Below, one piece after another: positions 7,946-16,613 of a DNA stretch of 42,003 nucleotides. The stretch comes from Candidatus Peribacteria bacterium RIFCSPHIGHO2_02_FULL_51_15 (GTDB lineage Bacteria > Patescibacteriota > Gracilibacteria > Peribacterales > Peribacteraceae). The translations under genes and the position numbers were made by a program. The first letter of the stretch is position 1, and every line of letters starts with the position of its first letter. The notes below the pieces were generated by a model. It was given only the letters and a program-made list of their open reading frames with translations. It was not told the origin of the DNA and ran no database searches. The DNA lies in contig MFXU01000014.1 of assembly GCA_001788965.1 (NCBI GenBank), positions 1-42,003 of the forward strand, in the 5' to 3' direction.

Positions 7946-10210
7946 ATGAAGTTTCCGAACATTCCCCTTCTGGTTCTCGACACCGAAACAACCGGTTTCG
8001 TGCCGGGGCTGCACCGGGTGATCGAATACGCCTGCATGGAAATACGGGGCGGTGAAATCGTAAGTGAATTCGACACGCTGATCTCGCCCGAAGAGGATGA
8101 AATCCCCCCGCATGTTCAGGTCATGACCCAGATCCGGCCGGAGGACATGAAAGGCCAGCCGGCTTTCGGCGAGGTTTTTGAGACGCTCGAAAAAATGTTG
8201 AAAAAGGACCTGATCATTGTCGGTCAAAATATCAAATATGACGTCTCAATGCTGAAAGGCGAAGGATGGGATTTAAATGATTATCCGATGATCGACACGG
8301 CTATGCTGGCCTCACTGGTTTTTCCCGAAATCAAAAGCTATTCGCTGGGATACCTCAGCGCGGTTCTGGGCTTGAGTCACGCGCCGAAGCACCGGGCGCT
8401 CGGGGATGTGCGGGCTACATCGGAGCTTCTGTCAAAATGCTTCGAACGCCTTCTCATGTTGCCGGGAAAAGACATCGAAACACTGGCCGGTCTGGCAGGT
8501 CGCGGGCCGGAAGGTTATCGGCGGTTTTTCCGCTCACTTGCCGATGCATCTGAGGGAAGCCGGCCCCGGCCGGAATGGCTTTCACTCGTGCGCCGGCATT
8601 TTTTGGCAGGCAAATCGGACCGAACCGTGACGATCGGCCAGCCTCCTCCGGCTAAAGTGCAGGTTACTCAGGAATCACTTGATCCGGCTTTCCTGCCGGC
8701 CGTCATAAAAGGAGCCGGCAAAAACACCTGGGTCGCCGCAAAAAACGTTGATTCACTGATCCGCCGGCTGCCGGAGGATTGCGCTTTTAACGCTTTGCCG
8801 TCGCCCGATTTCATCCTGTCAAAAGCGGCATCTGAGACTTTCCTGAGCCAGGACAGATTCACCGATGACGAAGTCATTCTGGCGATGAAGCTTAAGTTAT
8901 TTTCTCCGAAAACCAGGGCCGACCTGCCGCTGCATGGAGAAGAAAACCACATCTGGTCGGCCAAACTGGCCGCCAATTCCGAAAGTCCGGAATACTTTCT
9001 CGTGCTTGAGGCCGCCAAAACGGGGCCGGTTTTGCTGAGTCACTTCGAATTACTCCATCTTGCCGAACGCCCGGCCGCGCTCCCGCCTGAAGGAGCACAT
9101 TTGATAATAGATGATGCTTCGATGCTGGAAGATACGGCGACGCAGGCGCTGGGCTGGCTGTGCCTGCTGCCGACGCTTAGGGCCGGGGCGGAAGGCAATC
9201 CATTGCTCACAAAATGCGCCGATCTGGTGGAGCTCTGGATTGAAAAAACGCGCGGCGGGCTCGATCGCAGATACCTCGCTGAAAACGATCTCGAGACGAA
9301 GGAGGCGGCAGGCCTGAGGAGCATCCTCGGCGAAGTCATGGACAGAGAGCTAAAGCACCCGGCCCGGCGGGCGCTGGATGATTTGATGAAAATAATGGAC
9401 ATAAAAAATCTCGGGGGGAGGATCTGCTGGATCGAAGCATTCATCGACGGCAGCAAATCCATCCGTTCCGTCCCGGAAAATGTGGCCGGGCTGCTGGCGG
9501 AAAAAATTTACAGCCGGTTCCGCACGACTCTCATCGTCCCGAAATCAAGCCAGGAAAATACGGGTTTGATCATCCCGCCGGGCCAGGAAACAGCCGTGGC
9601 GCCCCCGGTCGATTTTGGCTCACCCGAGGCCGAAGTAGTTTTTTCGTCCCAGCTGAAAATAAACGATTTTATCGCCGAACCGAAAGGGAAAACCGTTTTT
9701 CTGGCATCGAGCAAGAGGACTATCGAGGACATTTATATCAAACATGCGGAGCAGGCCGAAACAGCGGGAGTCACTTTGTTATGCCAGGGTTTTTCCGGAG
9801 GGCAGAGCCGGATGCAGGCCGAGTTTTCGGTCGCGCCTGCGCCCGCAATTATTTTTATCACGCCCTGGATTTACGAAACATTCGAGCTCCCTTCGGGAAC
9901 CCTCGACCGCCTCGTGATCCAGGCTTTGCCTTTTGACCATCCGTCACATGCGGTTTTCAACCGGAGGAGCCAGAAGTTTCAGGATCCTTTCATGGAATAT
10001 TCGGTGCCACGGCTCCGGCACCGGCTTTTCCGATTGATTCGGACATTTTGCCGCCACGCCAAACAGGGCGGAACCGTGGAAATATTGGATGAACGTATAA
10101 CGACCAAAGCTTACGGAAAAGAGCTGAAGGCTTATCTCACTTCGTTATTGCCGGAAAAGAGGACGGAAGCGGAAACTGGAAAGCAGATGCCGATTTGGGG
10201 AGGCAATTAG
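7946..10210 (+). CDS. dinG: DnaQ-like 3'-5' exonuclease fused to a DinG-like helicase-related domain
   Basis: DEDDh exonuclease motifs are present (LVLDTETTG, GQNIKYD, HRALGDVRAT). The C-terminal part has DinG-like landmarks (ALPFDHPSHAVF, FRLIRT). The Walker A position reads GAGKN and the DEAH box reads IDDAS. Confidence 0.75.
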   Translation: MKFPNIPLLVLDTETTGFVPGLHRVIEYACMEIRGGEIVSEFDTLISPEEDEIPPHVQVMTQIRPEDMKGQPAFGEVFETLEKMLKKDLIIVGQNIKYDVSMLKGEGWDLNDYPMIDTAMLASLVFPEIKSYSLGYLSAVLGLSHAPKHRALGDVRATSELLSKCFERLLMLPGKDIETLAGLAGRGPEGYRRFFRSLADASEGSRPRPEWLSLVRRHFLAGKSDRTVTIGQPPPAKVQVTQESLDPAFLPAVIKGAGKNTWVAAKNVDSLIRRLPEDCAFNALPSPDFILSKAASETFLSQDRFTDDEVILAMKLKLFSPKTRADLPLHGEENHIWSAKLAANSESPEYFLVLEAAKTGPVLLSHFELLHLAERPAALPPEGAHLIIDDASMLEDTATQALGWLCLLPTLRAGAEGNPLLTKCADLVELWIEKTRGGLDRRYLAENDLETKEAAGLRSILGEVMDRELKHPARRALDDLMKIMDIKNLGGRICWIEAFIDGSKSIRSVPENVAGLLAEKIYSRFRTTLIVPKSSQENTGLIIPPGQETAVAPPVDFGSPEAEVVFSSQLKINDFIAEPKGKTVFLASSKRTIEDIYIKHAEQAETAGVTLLCQGFSGGQSRMQAEFSVAPAPAIIFITPWIYETFELPSGTLDRLVIQALPFDHPSHAVFNRRSQKFQDPFMEYSVPRLRHRLFRLIRTFCRHAKQGGTVEILDERITTKAYGKELKAYLTSLLPEKRTEAETGKQMPIWGGN

Positions 10211-10526
10211 CAATTGGCCATTAACAGTTGTGATAACAATTGGCCTTTTTAGCAGTTGGAAAAATCTGGTAGTAGCAGCCAAAAAACAGTTACCTGTAAT
10301 TTTTTTATTGGCAAATCGTCTCCGCATGTATAAAAATACAACCATGGAAACCTCACCCTCATTCTCCAGGCAAGACACTTCATCCAAATCCAGGGAAATC
10401 AAGAGATGGGATGAACGGCCGCCTCGACCTACTGAAAATCCCAAAGTCGACCAAATGCTTTTGGAAGCCCGAGCAGGCTTAAGAAATTATTCGAGCGTCG
10501 CGGCTTATATAGGATTTCCGACGTCC

Positions 10527-11921
10527 TCAGTCGGCGCCCCGGCCTCCAAGAACCGTGAACAAAGTCCGCCACAGGATCCAGAGGTCGAGACCCAGCGACC
10601 AGTCCTCGATGTAGCGCATGTCGAGGAGAATCTCCTCGTCGAAGCTTAGCTCCGACCGGCCGGAGATCTGGGCCAGTCCTGTGATGCCGGGGCGGACAGT
10701 AAAGACCCTGTGTTGCCTTTCGGTGTAGCGGGCGACTTCGTCATGAAGATGCGGCCTCGGTCCCACGAGCGACAGGTGTCCGGCCACGACGTTGAATAGC
10801 CCCGGCAGCTCATCCAGGCTCCAGCGGCGAAGAAAACGGCCGATGGGAGTCGTGCGCGGGTCGCCTTTTATTTTGAAAAGCGGGCCGTCTCTCCGGTGCG
10901 AAAAACATTCCAGGTCTTTCTTTTTCAAATCGGCGTCACGGCACATGGTCCTGAATTTCAAAAGCGGTATGCGCCCGCGCCCGTATTGGCCGACGCGGTT
11001 GCTGACATAAAAAACAGGCAGACCGGACGTAACCAGAACGGCGCAAGCGATGATGAAAATAAGCGGGCTTAATAGACCCAGGAGAACCGATCCAAAGACC
11101 AGATCTATACCCCTTTTCCAGACGCGCCCCCAGCCGTCGAGCGGCGTCGGTTCGAACCGCAGCATCGGCGTAAGCCCCAGCCGGTTAATGGAAAGCTGAT
11201 GCGGGACATCGGCAAAAAGCGGCGGCAGGAAAGCATATGTCACGTGTCTGCTCCGGCAGAAATCGACGAGTCTCAAAGTGTCTTCGTTTCCCGGGTTCGG
11301 GTCGGTATGCAGTATTAGGTCCAGCGGTTCCCGTTCGTGCATTTCGCTTACTTCGACAAATCCGGGCACATGGCCCAGGTACTGGAAACGCAGATCTTTC
11401 AAGAGATTTTCGCCGACACTTCGCGGCAGCATTGTAAGCCCGCACGAAAGCACCGCCCGCGTGCCTATTCCGCGGCGAAGAAATATCCGTTGAATAAGCA
11501 GCACCACGCCCCTCAGGGCAATAACGAAGAAAGTCAGCAGCGCCGTGGCCTGAAGCAGGAGTACGCGCGAGAAAAAGAGCTGACGCTCTATGAAGAAGAA
11601 CCAGGCGATGACCAGCGCGATCCAAAGGCCGGAAGCCACGATCACCCGTCCCATCTCGCGCCAGGGACCCAGCGTGATCCTGAGTGAATAAAGGCCGAGC
11701 CCAAGCAGCACGAAGAGATAAACCCAGGTGGCCGGAAGGGCAAAATGCATCAGGTAATAATTGAATTCCGGTAAAGTCGGCGAATTTGAAAGAAGATTGA
11801 GCCGGGGGATCAGGTCGATGTTCCGGGTGCGGAGGAAATAAGCGAAAAGCAGCGAAGCGAACACGGCCATAAAATCGACCGGCACGCGGATGATGCCGAA
11901 AAGGATCTCGGAACGCTTCAT
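10527..11921 (-). CDS. Polyprenyl-phosphate sugar-phosphate transferase (WbaP/bacterial sugar transferase family)
   Basis: 464-aa ORF with N-terminal TM helices and a C-terminal sugar-transferase domain (DELPGLFNVVAGHLSLVGPRP, RPGITGLAQISGRS). Confidence 0.9.
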   Translation of the reverse strand: MKRSEILFGIIRVPVDFMAVFASLLFAYFLRTRNIDLIPRLNLLSNSPTLPEFNYYLMHFALPATWVYLFVLLGLGLYSLRITLGPWREMGRVIVASGLWIALVIAWFFFIERQLFFSRVLLLQATALLTFFVIALRGVVLLIQRIFLRRGIGTRAVLSCGLTMLPRSVGENLLKDLRFQYLGHVPGFVEVSEMHEREPLDLILHTDPNPGNEDTLRLVDFCRSRHVTYAFLPPLFADVPHQLSINRLGLTPMLRFEPTPLDGWGRVWKRGIDLVFGSVLLGLLSPLIFIIACAVLVTSGLPVFYVSNRVGQYGRGRIPLLKFRTMCRDADLKKKDLECFSHRRDGPLFKIKGDPRTTPIGRFLRRWSLDELPGLFNVVAGHLSLVGPRPHLHDEVARYTERQHRVFTVRPGITGLAQISGRSELSFDEEILLDMRYIEDWSLGLDLWILWRTLFTVLGGRGAD

Positions 11922-11985
11922 GCAGGGAGGAGTTTATACCTGAAATGGAGAGTGCTACGGTGGGCAGCCTACGCGTCGCGTAGGC

Positions 11986-12060
11986 TGGAGCCGCTTCGGG
12001 GATTTGAACCCCGGACCTGCTCATTACAAGTGAGCTGCTCTACCACTGAGCTAAAGCGGC
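11986..12060 (-). tRNA. tRNA-Thr (anticodon UGU), CCA encoded
   Basis: The reverse complement folds as a cloverleaf: acceptor GCCGCTT/AAGCGGC, D arm GCTC AGTGGTA GAGC, anticodon arm GCTCA CTTGTAA TGAGC, T arm CGGGG TTCAAAT CCCCG, then T-CCA. Confidence 0.9.
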
Positions 12061-12151
12061 ATGTGGTAACAAAATTAAGTATAGATTTTAACATGGCAGA
12101 AGGACAGAAGTGAGTTTTTTTTCTTCGTAAAATGCGGGTTGCCCCGCATTT

Positions 12152-12585
12152 ACGCCTGTACTTCGTACGCCGGATTCTGTCCGGCTTCGTCCGCCCGAGG
12201 CGGACTACGCCGAGATGACCATCTATCTGGCCCGCGGATATTCTCAGCGGATCTACCCCACTTCGCCTTTCGGCTTCGCGGGGATTAGCGGAGGGGTGGC
12301 CGGAGCGACGGAATCATCGCTTGATCTGACCACCCAAATCCTCCTTGCAGCACCTAGAAGTTTGCCGTGATGCCCCGGATTCCCCGGGGCCAACCCCGCA
12401 CGCACGAGTGCTGCGGGGACGTTTCATATCATCCGCCTGAGGGCGGACTGCTCGTCTCTGTGGCACTTGTCCGCATGCAACTTTACCGGATATATGTTGC
12501 ATGGGTGGGCGTTACCCACTAGGCATTCCATTGCTGTCCGGACGTTCCTCCCCGCGGAAGCGGGGCGGTCATCTAAAGAACAGGA
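12152..12585 (-). ncRNA. rnpB: RNase P RNA, bacterial type A
   Basis: The minus strand reads ...AGAUGACC GCCCCGC UUCC GCGGGG AGGAACGUCCGGACAG (P2, P3, P4 5' strand) and ...GACAGAAUCCGGCGUA (P4 3' strand, bulged U geometry preserved). P1 is CCUGUUCUUU/GAAGUACAGG. A terminator-like hairpin lies at about 12128-12150. Ends are approximate. Confidence 0.85.
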
Positions 12586-12684
12586 AACGTGATTATCGCA
12601 TTAATAGGATGAAAAACAAATTTTATTCTCCGGTTTCCCGGACTCTTATTTGTTATTACTTTCCTTATCTTTTTATTTCGCCAT

Positions 12685-14931
12685 CTAATTTTTTTTAGTA
12701 GATTCTGTCTTATTCAGCTCAACAGGTACCGACAATTCAAACGTCGTGCCGGTTCCTTCCTTGCTGTGAAATGAAAGCTTTCCGCCGATGCTTTCGGCGG
12801 CGATGTGAGAGATATACAAACCGAGGCCCGAGCCTTCCGCATCTGAAAGGCGGGCATTCGTTCCGCGGAAAAGTTTCTTGAAAATCTCGGGTTGCTGGTT
12901 TTCCGGTATGCCTATCCCGCGGTCCGATATGGAAAACATCACGGTTTTCTGGGGGCGGTTCAGCGCGATAACGGCACTGACCGAAGTGCTTTCCCGGCCG
13001 TATTTTATCGCATTATTCACCAGATTTTCGAGAATCAGAAGAAGCAAGCCCCGATCAGAATAAATTTCAGCCGGATTGGCGCAATGTACTTCAACAGTCA
13101 TTTTTTTTCTTTTCAGTTCCAATTTGAAAGACTCTTTTATCTCACTCAAAAGTTTAGCCACATCGACGGCTTCGGGCTTTAACTGTATTTTTCCCAGTTC
13201 CAGGCGTGAAACGTTCAAAAGCGCGTTGACGAGATGCACCATCCGGGAATTTGAAGCCGTCACCTCCTCGACATATTGCTCCTGCTGCGAATTCAGGGAA
13301 CCGGCGTCTTTTGCAAGCAGCATTTCCAGATACCAACGCATGGAGGAAAGCGGGGTTCTCAGCTGGTGCGAGACCAGGGTAATGAAATCGGATTTCATGT
13401 GGTCGATGCGGCGCTCCTCGGTGATGTCCCGGAAAACAGCGACCGATCCCAGGCACTGACGGCCTTTCAGTATCGGTGTGACCCTGAGATGCAGGGCGCT
13501 TTGGGTGCCGTCGCGGCGAAAAAGCGCGAATTCGGGGTCAGTCAGCGGATTGAAGCGCTGCTTGGTCCGGACAACTTTTAAAATCGGATGCTCGGTGGGG
13601 GGAACTTCCCTGCCGCTTCTGTCGGTGATCTTCAGGATATCGGTTGAGTTTGAGCCCGTTACATTTCCGGAGGACCAGCCGGTGAGAAGCTCGCCGTTTT
13701 TGTTGAGATAAACCGCTTTCCCGTTTCGGCCGCTGACCAGCAGCCCGTAATCGATGCTTTCCAGTATCGCGGCGTCTTCGGCGTGCTGGGCTTGCAGGGC
13801 ACTTGTCCGCTCTCTTACTTTTTCTTCGAGGTGGTCATGCGCCTCGCGTAGCCTGCGAGTGAGGTTAAAAGCCGCCCGGTCTACTATTTCCAATTCATTT
13901 CCGGTGAATATCGAACGCCTGAATTTCCATCTGCGGGTTTCCAGATTGTTCAGTTTACGGGCGAGTTCTTCGAGGGGCGAGACTATATGGCGGGCCAGAA
14001 CGAAAACAGTGAATGAGAGAAGGGTGACCATCATCAAACCGCTTCCCATCAGGTTGGCCGCCAGCCGGAACACGGGTTCCAAAAGCTCGAACCTGTCCAT
14101 CTGAACGATTATCGCCCACTTGATCGAAGGCAAATGCCGGTACGCAGCCAGGACCCTGATGCCGGAGTAATCAACAGTTTCGACCGAACCCTCTTTGCCT
14201 TCCAGGGTTTTCATAAATAATTCCGAGCGGTCGTCGATCTCGGCGAGACGGGTCAGGTTTGGGCCTGCAGGGGTGTTATTTGAGTGCAATAAAACCAAAC
14301 CGCCGGAATCCTCGGCAGCCAGAATGATCTCGGCGGTTTTTCCGAGATAAGTGGTTTCGAGCAGACGGGCGATGAGTATGCCGGGGTCGAAAATCGCGAT
14401 CAGTGTGCCGGTTCTATTGCCGGCGCGATCAAACTGGGGAGTCGCTATCAGATAAGCGGACCAGCCTGTGCTAAAGCTTCGGCTGGCTGGCCAGTCTTTA
14501 TTTTCGAATACCGGGAAAAAAAACGTCCGGGATTCGTGTTTAATTTTTTCCATCACGGTTTCAGGCAAGGGATCGACTTGTGTGTTCCCGGGAGAGAGAC
14601 GGCTTATCTTTCCGGAAGAATTTATCAGCAAAAGTTCTTTGAATCCTATGAGATTCATAACTGACGGGAGCGTAGTTAAAAGTGGATCCCGTCCCAGGAT
14701 CGCCAATTGCTCGCGCTGTCTGGAGATCGTCATTTCAAACAGATACTCTTTCGAGGAAGCCGCGAAATCGAGCTGTGCCGCCGTTCGCATCTTCAGTTCG
14801 CGGCCGGTAAGATAAAAAGTCGCCGCCATTACGGCAAAAACCGTAAAAAGCAGCATCGCGAAAGACTCCAAAAAAAGCGTCGTGCGGATCGAATGAAATT
14901 TCTTCGCCTGCCCTGGCCTATGTGAAGGCAT
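12685..14931 (-). CDS. Sensor histidine kinase (periplasmic Cache-like region, HAMP, PAS, HisKA, HATPase)
   Basis: 748-aa ORF. Two TM segments flank a roughly 240-aa extracytoplasmic region. H-box VSHQLRTPL; N/G boxes NLVNNAIKYG, DRGIGI, GSGLGL. Confidence 0.9.
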   Translation of the reverse strand: MPSHRPGQAKKFHSIRTTLFLESFAMLLFTVFAVMAATFYLTGRELKMRTAAQLDFAASSKEYLFEMTISRQREQLAILGRDPLLTTLPSVMNLIGFKELLLINSSGKISRLSPGNTQVDPLPETVMEKIKHESRTFFFPVFENKDWPASRSFSTGWSAYLIATPQFDRAGNRTGTLIAIFDPGILIARLLETTYLGKTAEIILAAEDSGGLVLLHSNNTPAGPNLTRLAEIDDRSELFMKTLEGKEGSVETVDYSGIRVLAAYRHLPSIKWAIIVQMDRFELLEPVFRLAANLMGSGLMMVTLLSFTVFVLARHIVSPLEELARKLNNLETRRWKFRRSIFTGNELEIVDRAAFNLTRRLREAHDHLEEKVRERTSALQAQHAEDAAILESIDYGLLVSGRNGKAVYLNKNGELLTGWSSGNVTGSNSTDILKITDRSGREVPPTEHPILKVVRTKQRFNPLTDPEFALFRRDGTQSALHLRVTPILKGRQCLGSVAVFRDITEERRIDHMKSDFITLVSHQLRTPLSSMRWYLEMLLAKDAGSLNSQQEQYVEEVTASNSRMVHLVNALLNVSRLELGKIQLKPEAVDVAKLLSEIKESFKLELKRKKMTVEVHCANPAEIYSDRGLLLLILENLVNNAIKYGRESTSVSAVIALNRPQKTVMFSISDRGIGIPENQQPEIFKKLFRGTNARLSDAEGSGLGLYISHIAAESIGGKLSFHSKEGTGTTFELSVPVELNKTESTKKN

Positions 14932-14981
14932 AAATCATTATATTATAGCAGAAAAGTGGAAGCCGGAGAACTTTAAAAAGG

Positions 14982-15181
14982 GTAACTGCTCACTGACCTT
15001 GCAGAAAATACCGCTAACCTTGCCGCCTCACCCCCTGCCCCTCTCCCGCATTCGCGGGCGAGGGGAGCTCCGCTTCACCTCCGAATGAAGTGTAATACGG
15101 ATTCCTCTCTCCCTTTTTGGGAGAGAGGTGGCGCCGCAGCGCCGGAGTGAGGCGATGGCTGCAGAGTCAGTGAGCAGTTAC
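14982..15181. mobile_element. MITE copy A (TIR GTAACTGCTCACTGAC; TSD TAAAAAGG)
   Basis: Perfect 16-bp TIRs at 14982-14997 and 15166-15181. An 8/8 direct repeat TAAAAAGG abuts both ends. The interior is homologous to copies B and C. Confidence 0.85.
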
Positions 15182-15194
15182 TAAAAAGGAAACC

Positions 15195-15260
15195 GAGGAA
15201 TCCGAAGAAACCGACGAAACCGAAGAAAGGCGGCTTTTCCTCGGACTCTTCGGATTCCTC
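15195..15260. repeat. Palindrome with 9-nt-period word arm (GAGGAATCCGAAG ... CTTCGGATTCCTC)
   Basis: Perfect 13-bp inverted repeat at 15195-15207 and 15248-15260. The left arm continues as aaccgaNNN words with period 9. Confidence 0.75.
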
Positions 15261-15288
15261 AAAAAAACCCCGGTTACCCGGGGTTTTT
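15261..15288 (-). terminator. Intrinsic terminator downstream of pilin gene 1
   Basis: The minus strand reads AAAAACCCCGG GUAA CCGGGGUUUUUUU, a GC stem plus U tract, 25 nt after the stop at 15313. Confidence 0.75.
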
Positions 15289-15312
15289 AAGTAATTCCTA
15301 ATCAGTCTCAGA

Positions 15313-15762
15313 TTATCGTGTAACCGAGATTGTGGCACTCTGTTCGGCCTCGAGAGCAGCGACAGTCACGCGGGAGGTGGTGGCGTCTTTGGAAATCGTA
15401 TAGTCGGTCGAGACACCGGCGACATCGGCCTGAGGATCGTTTGGCAGAGCCACGAGATAAGAACCGGTCAAAACGTTCAGATTGACTAGGCTGGTGCAAT
15501 CGACGTTTACGCCGCTCTTACAGATTTCGGTGCCGGAAGTCGGAATAGCAGCAGGCAGACTGCCGTTGTTGTCGATCGAGTACTGGTAAACGGCGTTCAG
15601 GATCGTGTTGACGTCGGCGCGACGCTGTGCGTTTCTGGCATCCCCGAGTTGTTTGGTCGGGTTGATCGCCACGATGACGATGGCGGCCAGGATCGCGATG
15701 ATCCCGATGACGAGGAGCAGCTCAATGAGCGTGAACCCCCGTCGGAGCGAACGAATGGACAT
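15313..15762 (-). CDS. Type IV pilin (major pilin candidate 1)
   Basis: MSIRSLRRG|FTLIELLLVIGIIAILAAIVIVAI is a class III signal with Glu at +5. The N-terminal ~70 aa are nearly identical to the adjacent paralogue. Confidence 0.9.
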   Translation of the reverse strand: MSIRSLRRGFTLIELLLVIGIIAILAAIVIVAINPTKQLGDARNAQRRADVNTILNAVYQYSIDNNGSLPAAIPTSGTEICKSGVNVDCTSLVNLNVLTGSYLVALPNDPQADVAGVSTDYTISKDATTSRVTVAALEAEQSATISVTR

Positions 15763-15895
15763 GTGAAGAGGAGGGGAAAAATAAAAAAGACATAAGCTCT
15801 TTCGGAGCGGACATGAGTATAATCTTTGTTTTGGGTGCGAAAGCCTAAACTGCTTGGCAGGGGAGGAGAATGTTATGAATTAAGGAATCAAAGTT

Positions 15896-15931
15896 AAAGG
15901 CAAAAGGTTTACGTTTTGCCCTTTTGCCTTT
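15896..15931. repeat. Small palindrome AAAGGCAAAAGG ... CCTTTTGCCTTT
   Basis: Perfect 12-bp inverted repeat between the two pilin genes. Confidence 0.6.
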
Positions 15932-15950
15932 TTTCCTTTTTGCCCTGATC

Positions 15951-15979
15951 AAAAAACCCCGGTTACCCGGAGTTTTTTT
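15951..15979 (-). terminator. Intrinsic terminator downstream of pilin gene 2
   Basis: Near-copy of the 15261-15288 hairpin (AAAAAACTCCGG GTAA CCGGGGTTTTTT on the minus strand), 20 nt after the stop at 15999. Confidence 0.7.
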
Positions 15980-15998
15980 GTTGACGAAATAATTCAGA

Positions 15999-16445
15999 TT
16001 ACCTGGTTACCGAGATCGTCGCACCCTGTTCTTGGCCGGGTGCCGCGACCGTCACGCGCTTGCTGGTGTCATCGCGGAAGATCGTGTAGCCCGCGCTGTT
16101 GCCGGCTGCGTCAGCCTGCGGATCGCTCGGTACGGCGACAACGTACTTTCCGGTCACGACCGTAAGGTCAACCAGACCTGTGCAGGAGGAAGCACCGGTC
16201 TTGCAGATCGGGGTGACAGCGCCGGAGATCGTCGCTGGCAGGTTGCCGTTGTTGTCGATCGAGTACTGATAAACCGCGTTAAGGATCGTATTGACGTCGG
16301 CGCGGCGCTGCGCATTTCGGGCATCGCCAAGCTGTTTGGTCGGGTTGATCGCCACGATGACGATGGCCGCCAGGATCGCGATGATCCCGATGACGAGGAG
16401 CAGCTCAATGAGCGTGAATCCCGGCTTAAGCGAACGAAGTTTCAT
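15999..16445 (-). CDS. Type IV pilin (major pilin candidate 2)
   Basis: MKLRSLKPG|FTLIELLLVIGIIAILAAIVIVAI. Start taken at the internal ATG 16445; the ORF-track start 16502 adds an implausible leader. Confidence 0.9.
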   Translation of the reverse strand: MKLRSLKPGFTLIELLLVIGIIAILAAIVIVAINPTKQLGDARNAQRRADVNTILNAVYQYSIDNNGNLPATISGAVTPICKTGASSCTGLVDLTVVTGKYVVAVPSDPQADAAGNSAGYTIFRDDTSKRVTVAAPGQEQGATISVTR

Positions 16446-16613
16446 GGAAAATAAGGGGAAAAAAGATAGAAAAAAAGATTTGTCCCACGGACAGGAATGC
16501 ATTCTACTATTTTTGACGATATGCCGTGTAAGTTCTGGAGAAGAATTGCAAGCCTTTTTTTAATAAGGACTTAAGAATAAACAATGATTGGTTACTTTTG
16601 GGGAGCCTCAGAA

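Noticed and set aside
10211-10526. A 316-nt non-coding gap between convergent genes, examined for SRP RNA, tmRNA or 6S RNA.
   Set aside because: I found no conserved SRP (GGAAGCAGCC-type), tmRNA tag or tRNA-like end motifs. It contains only a short CAATTGGCC direct repeat. Function unresolved.
11185-12024. 279-aa ORF on the minus strand.
   Set aside because: It is out of frame inside the sugar-transferase gene and runs across the tRNA-Thr gene. The sequence is Arg/Pro/Ala-rich and non-protein-like.
12314-12698. ORFs 12314-12502 (-) and 12501-12698 (+).
   Set aside because: They lie inside or next to the RNase P RNA gene and have an implausible composition.
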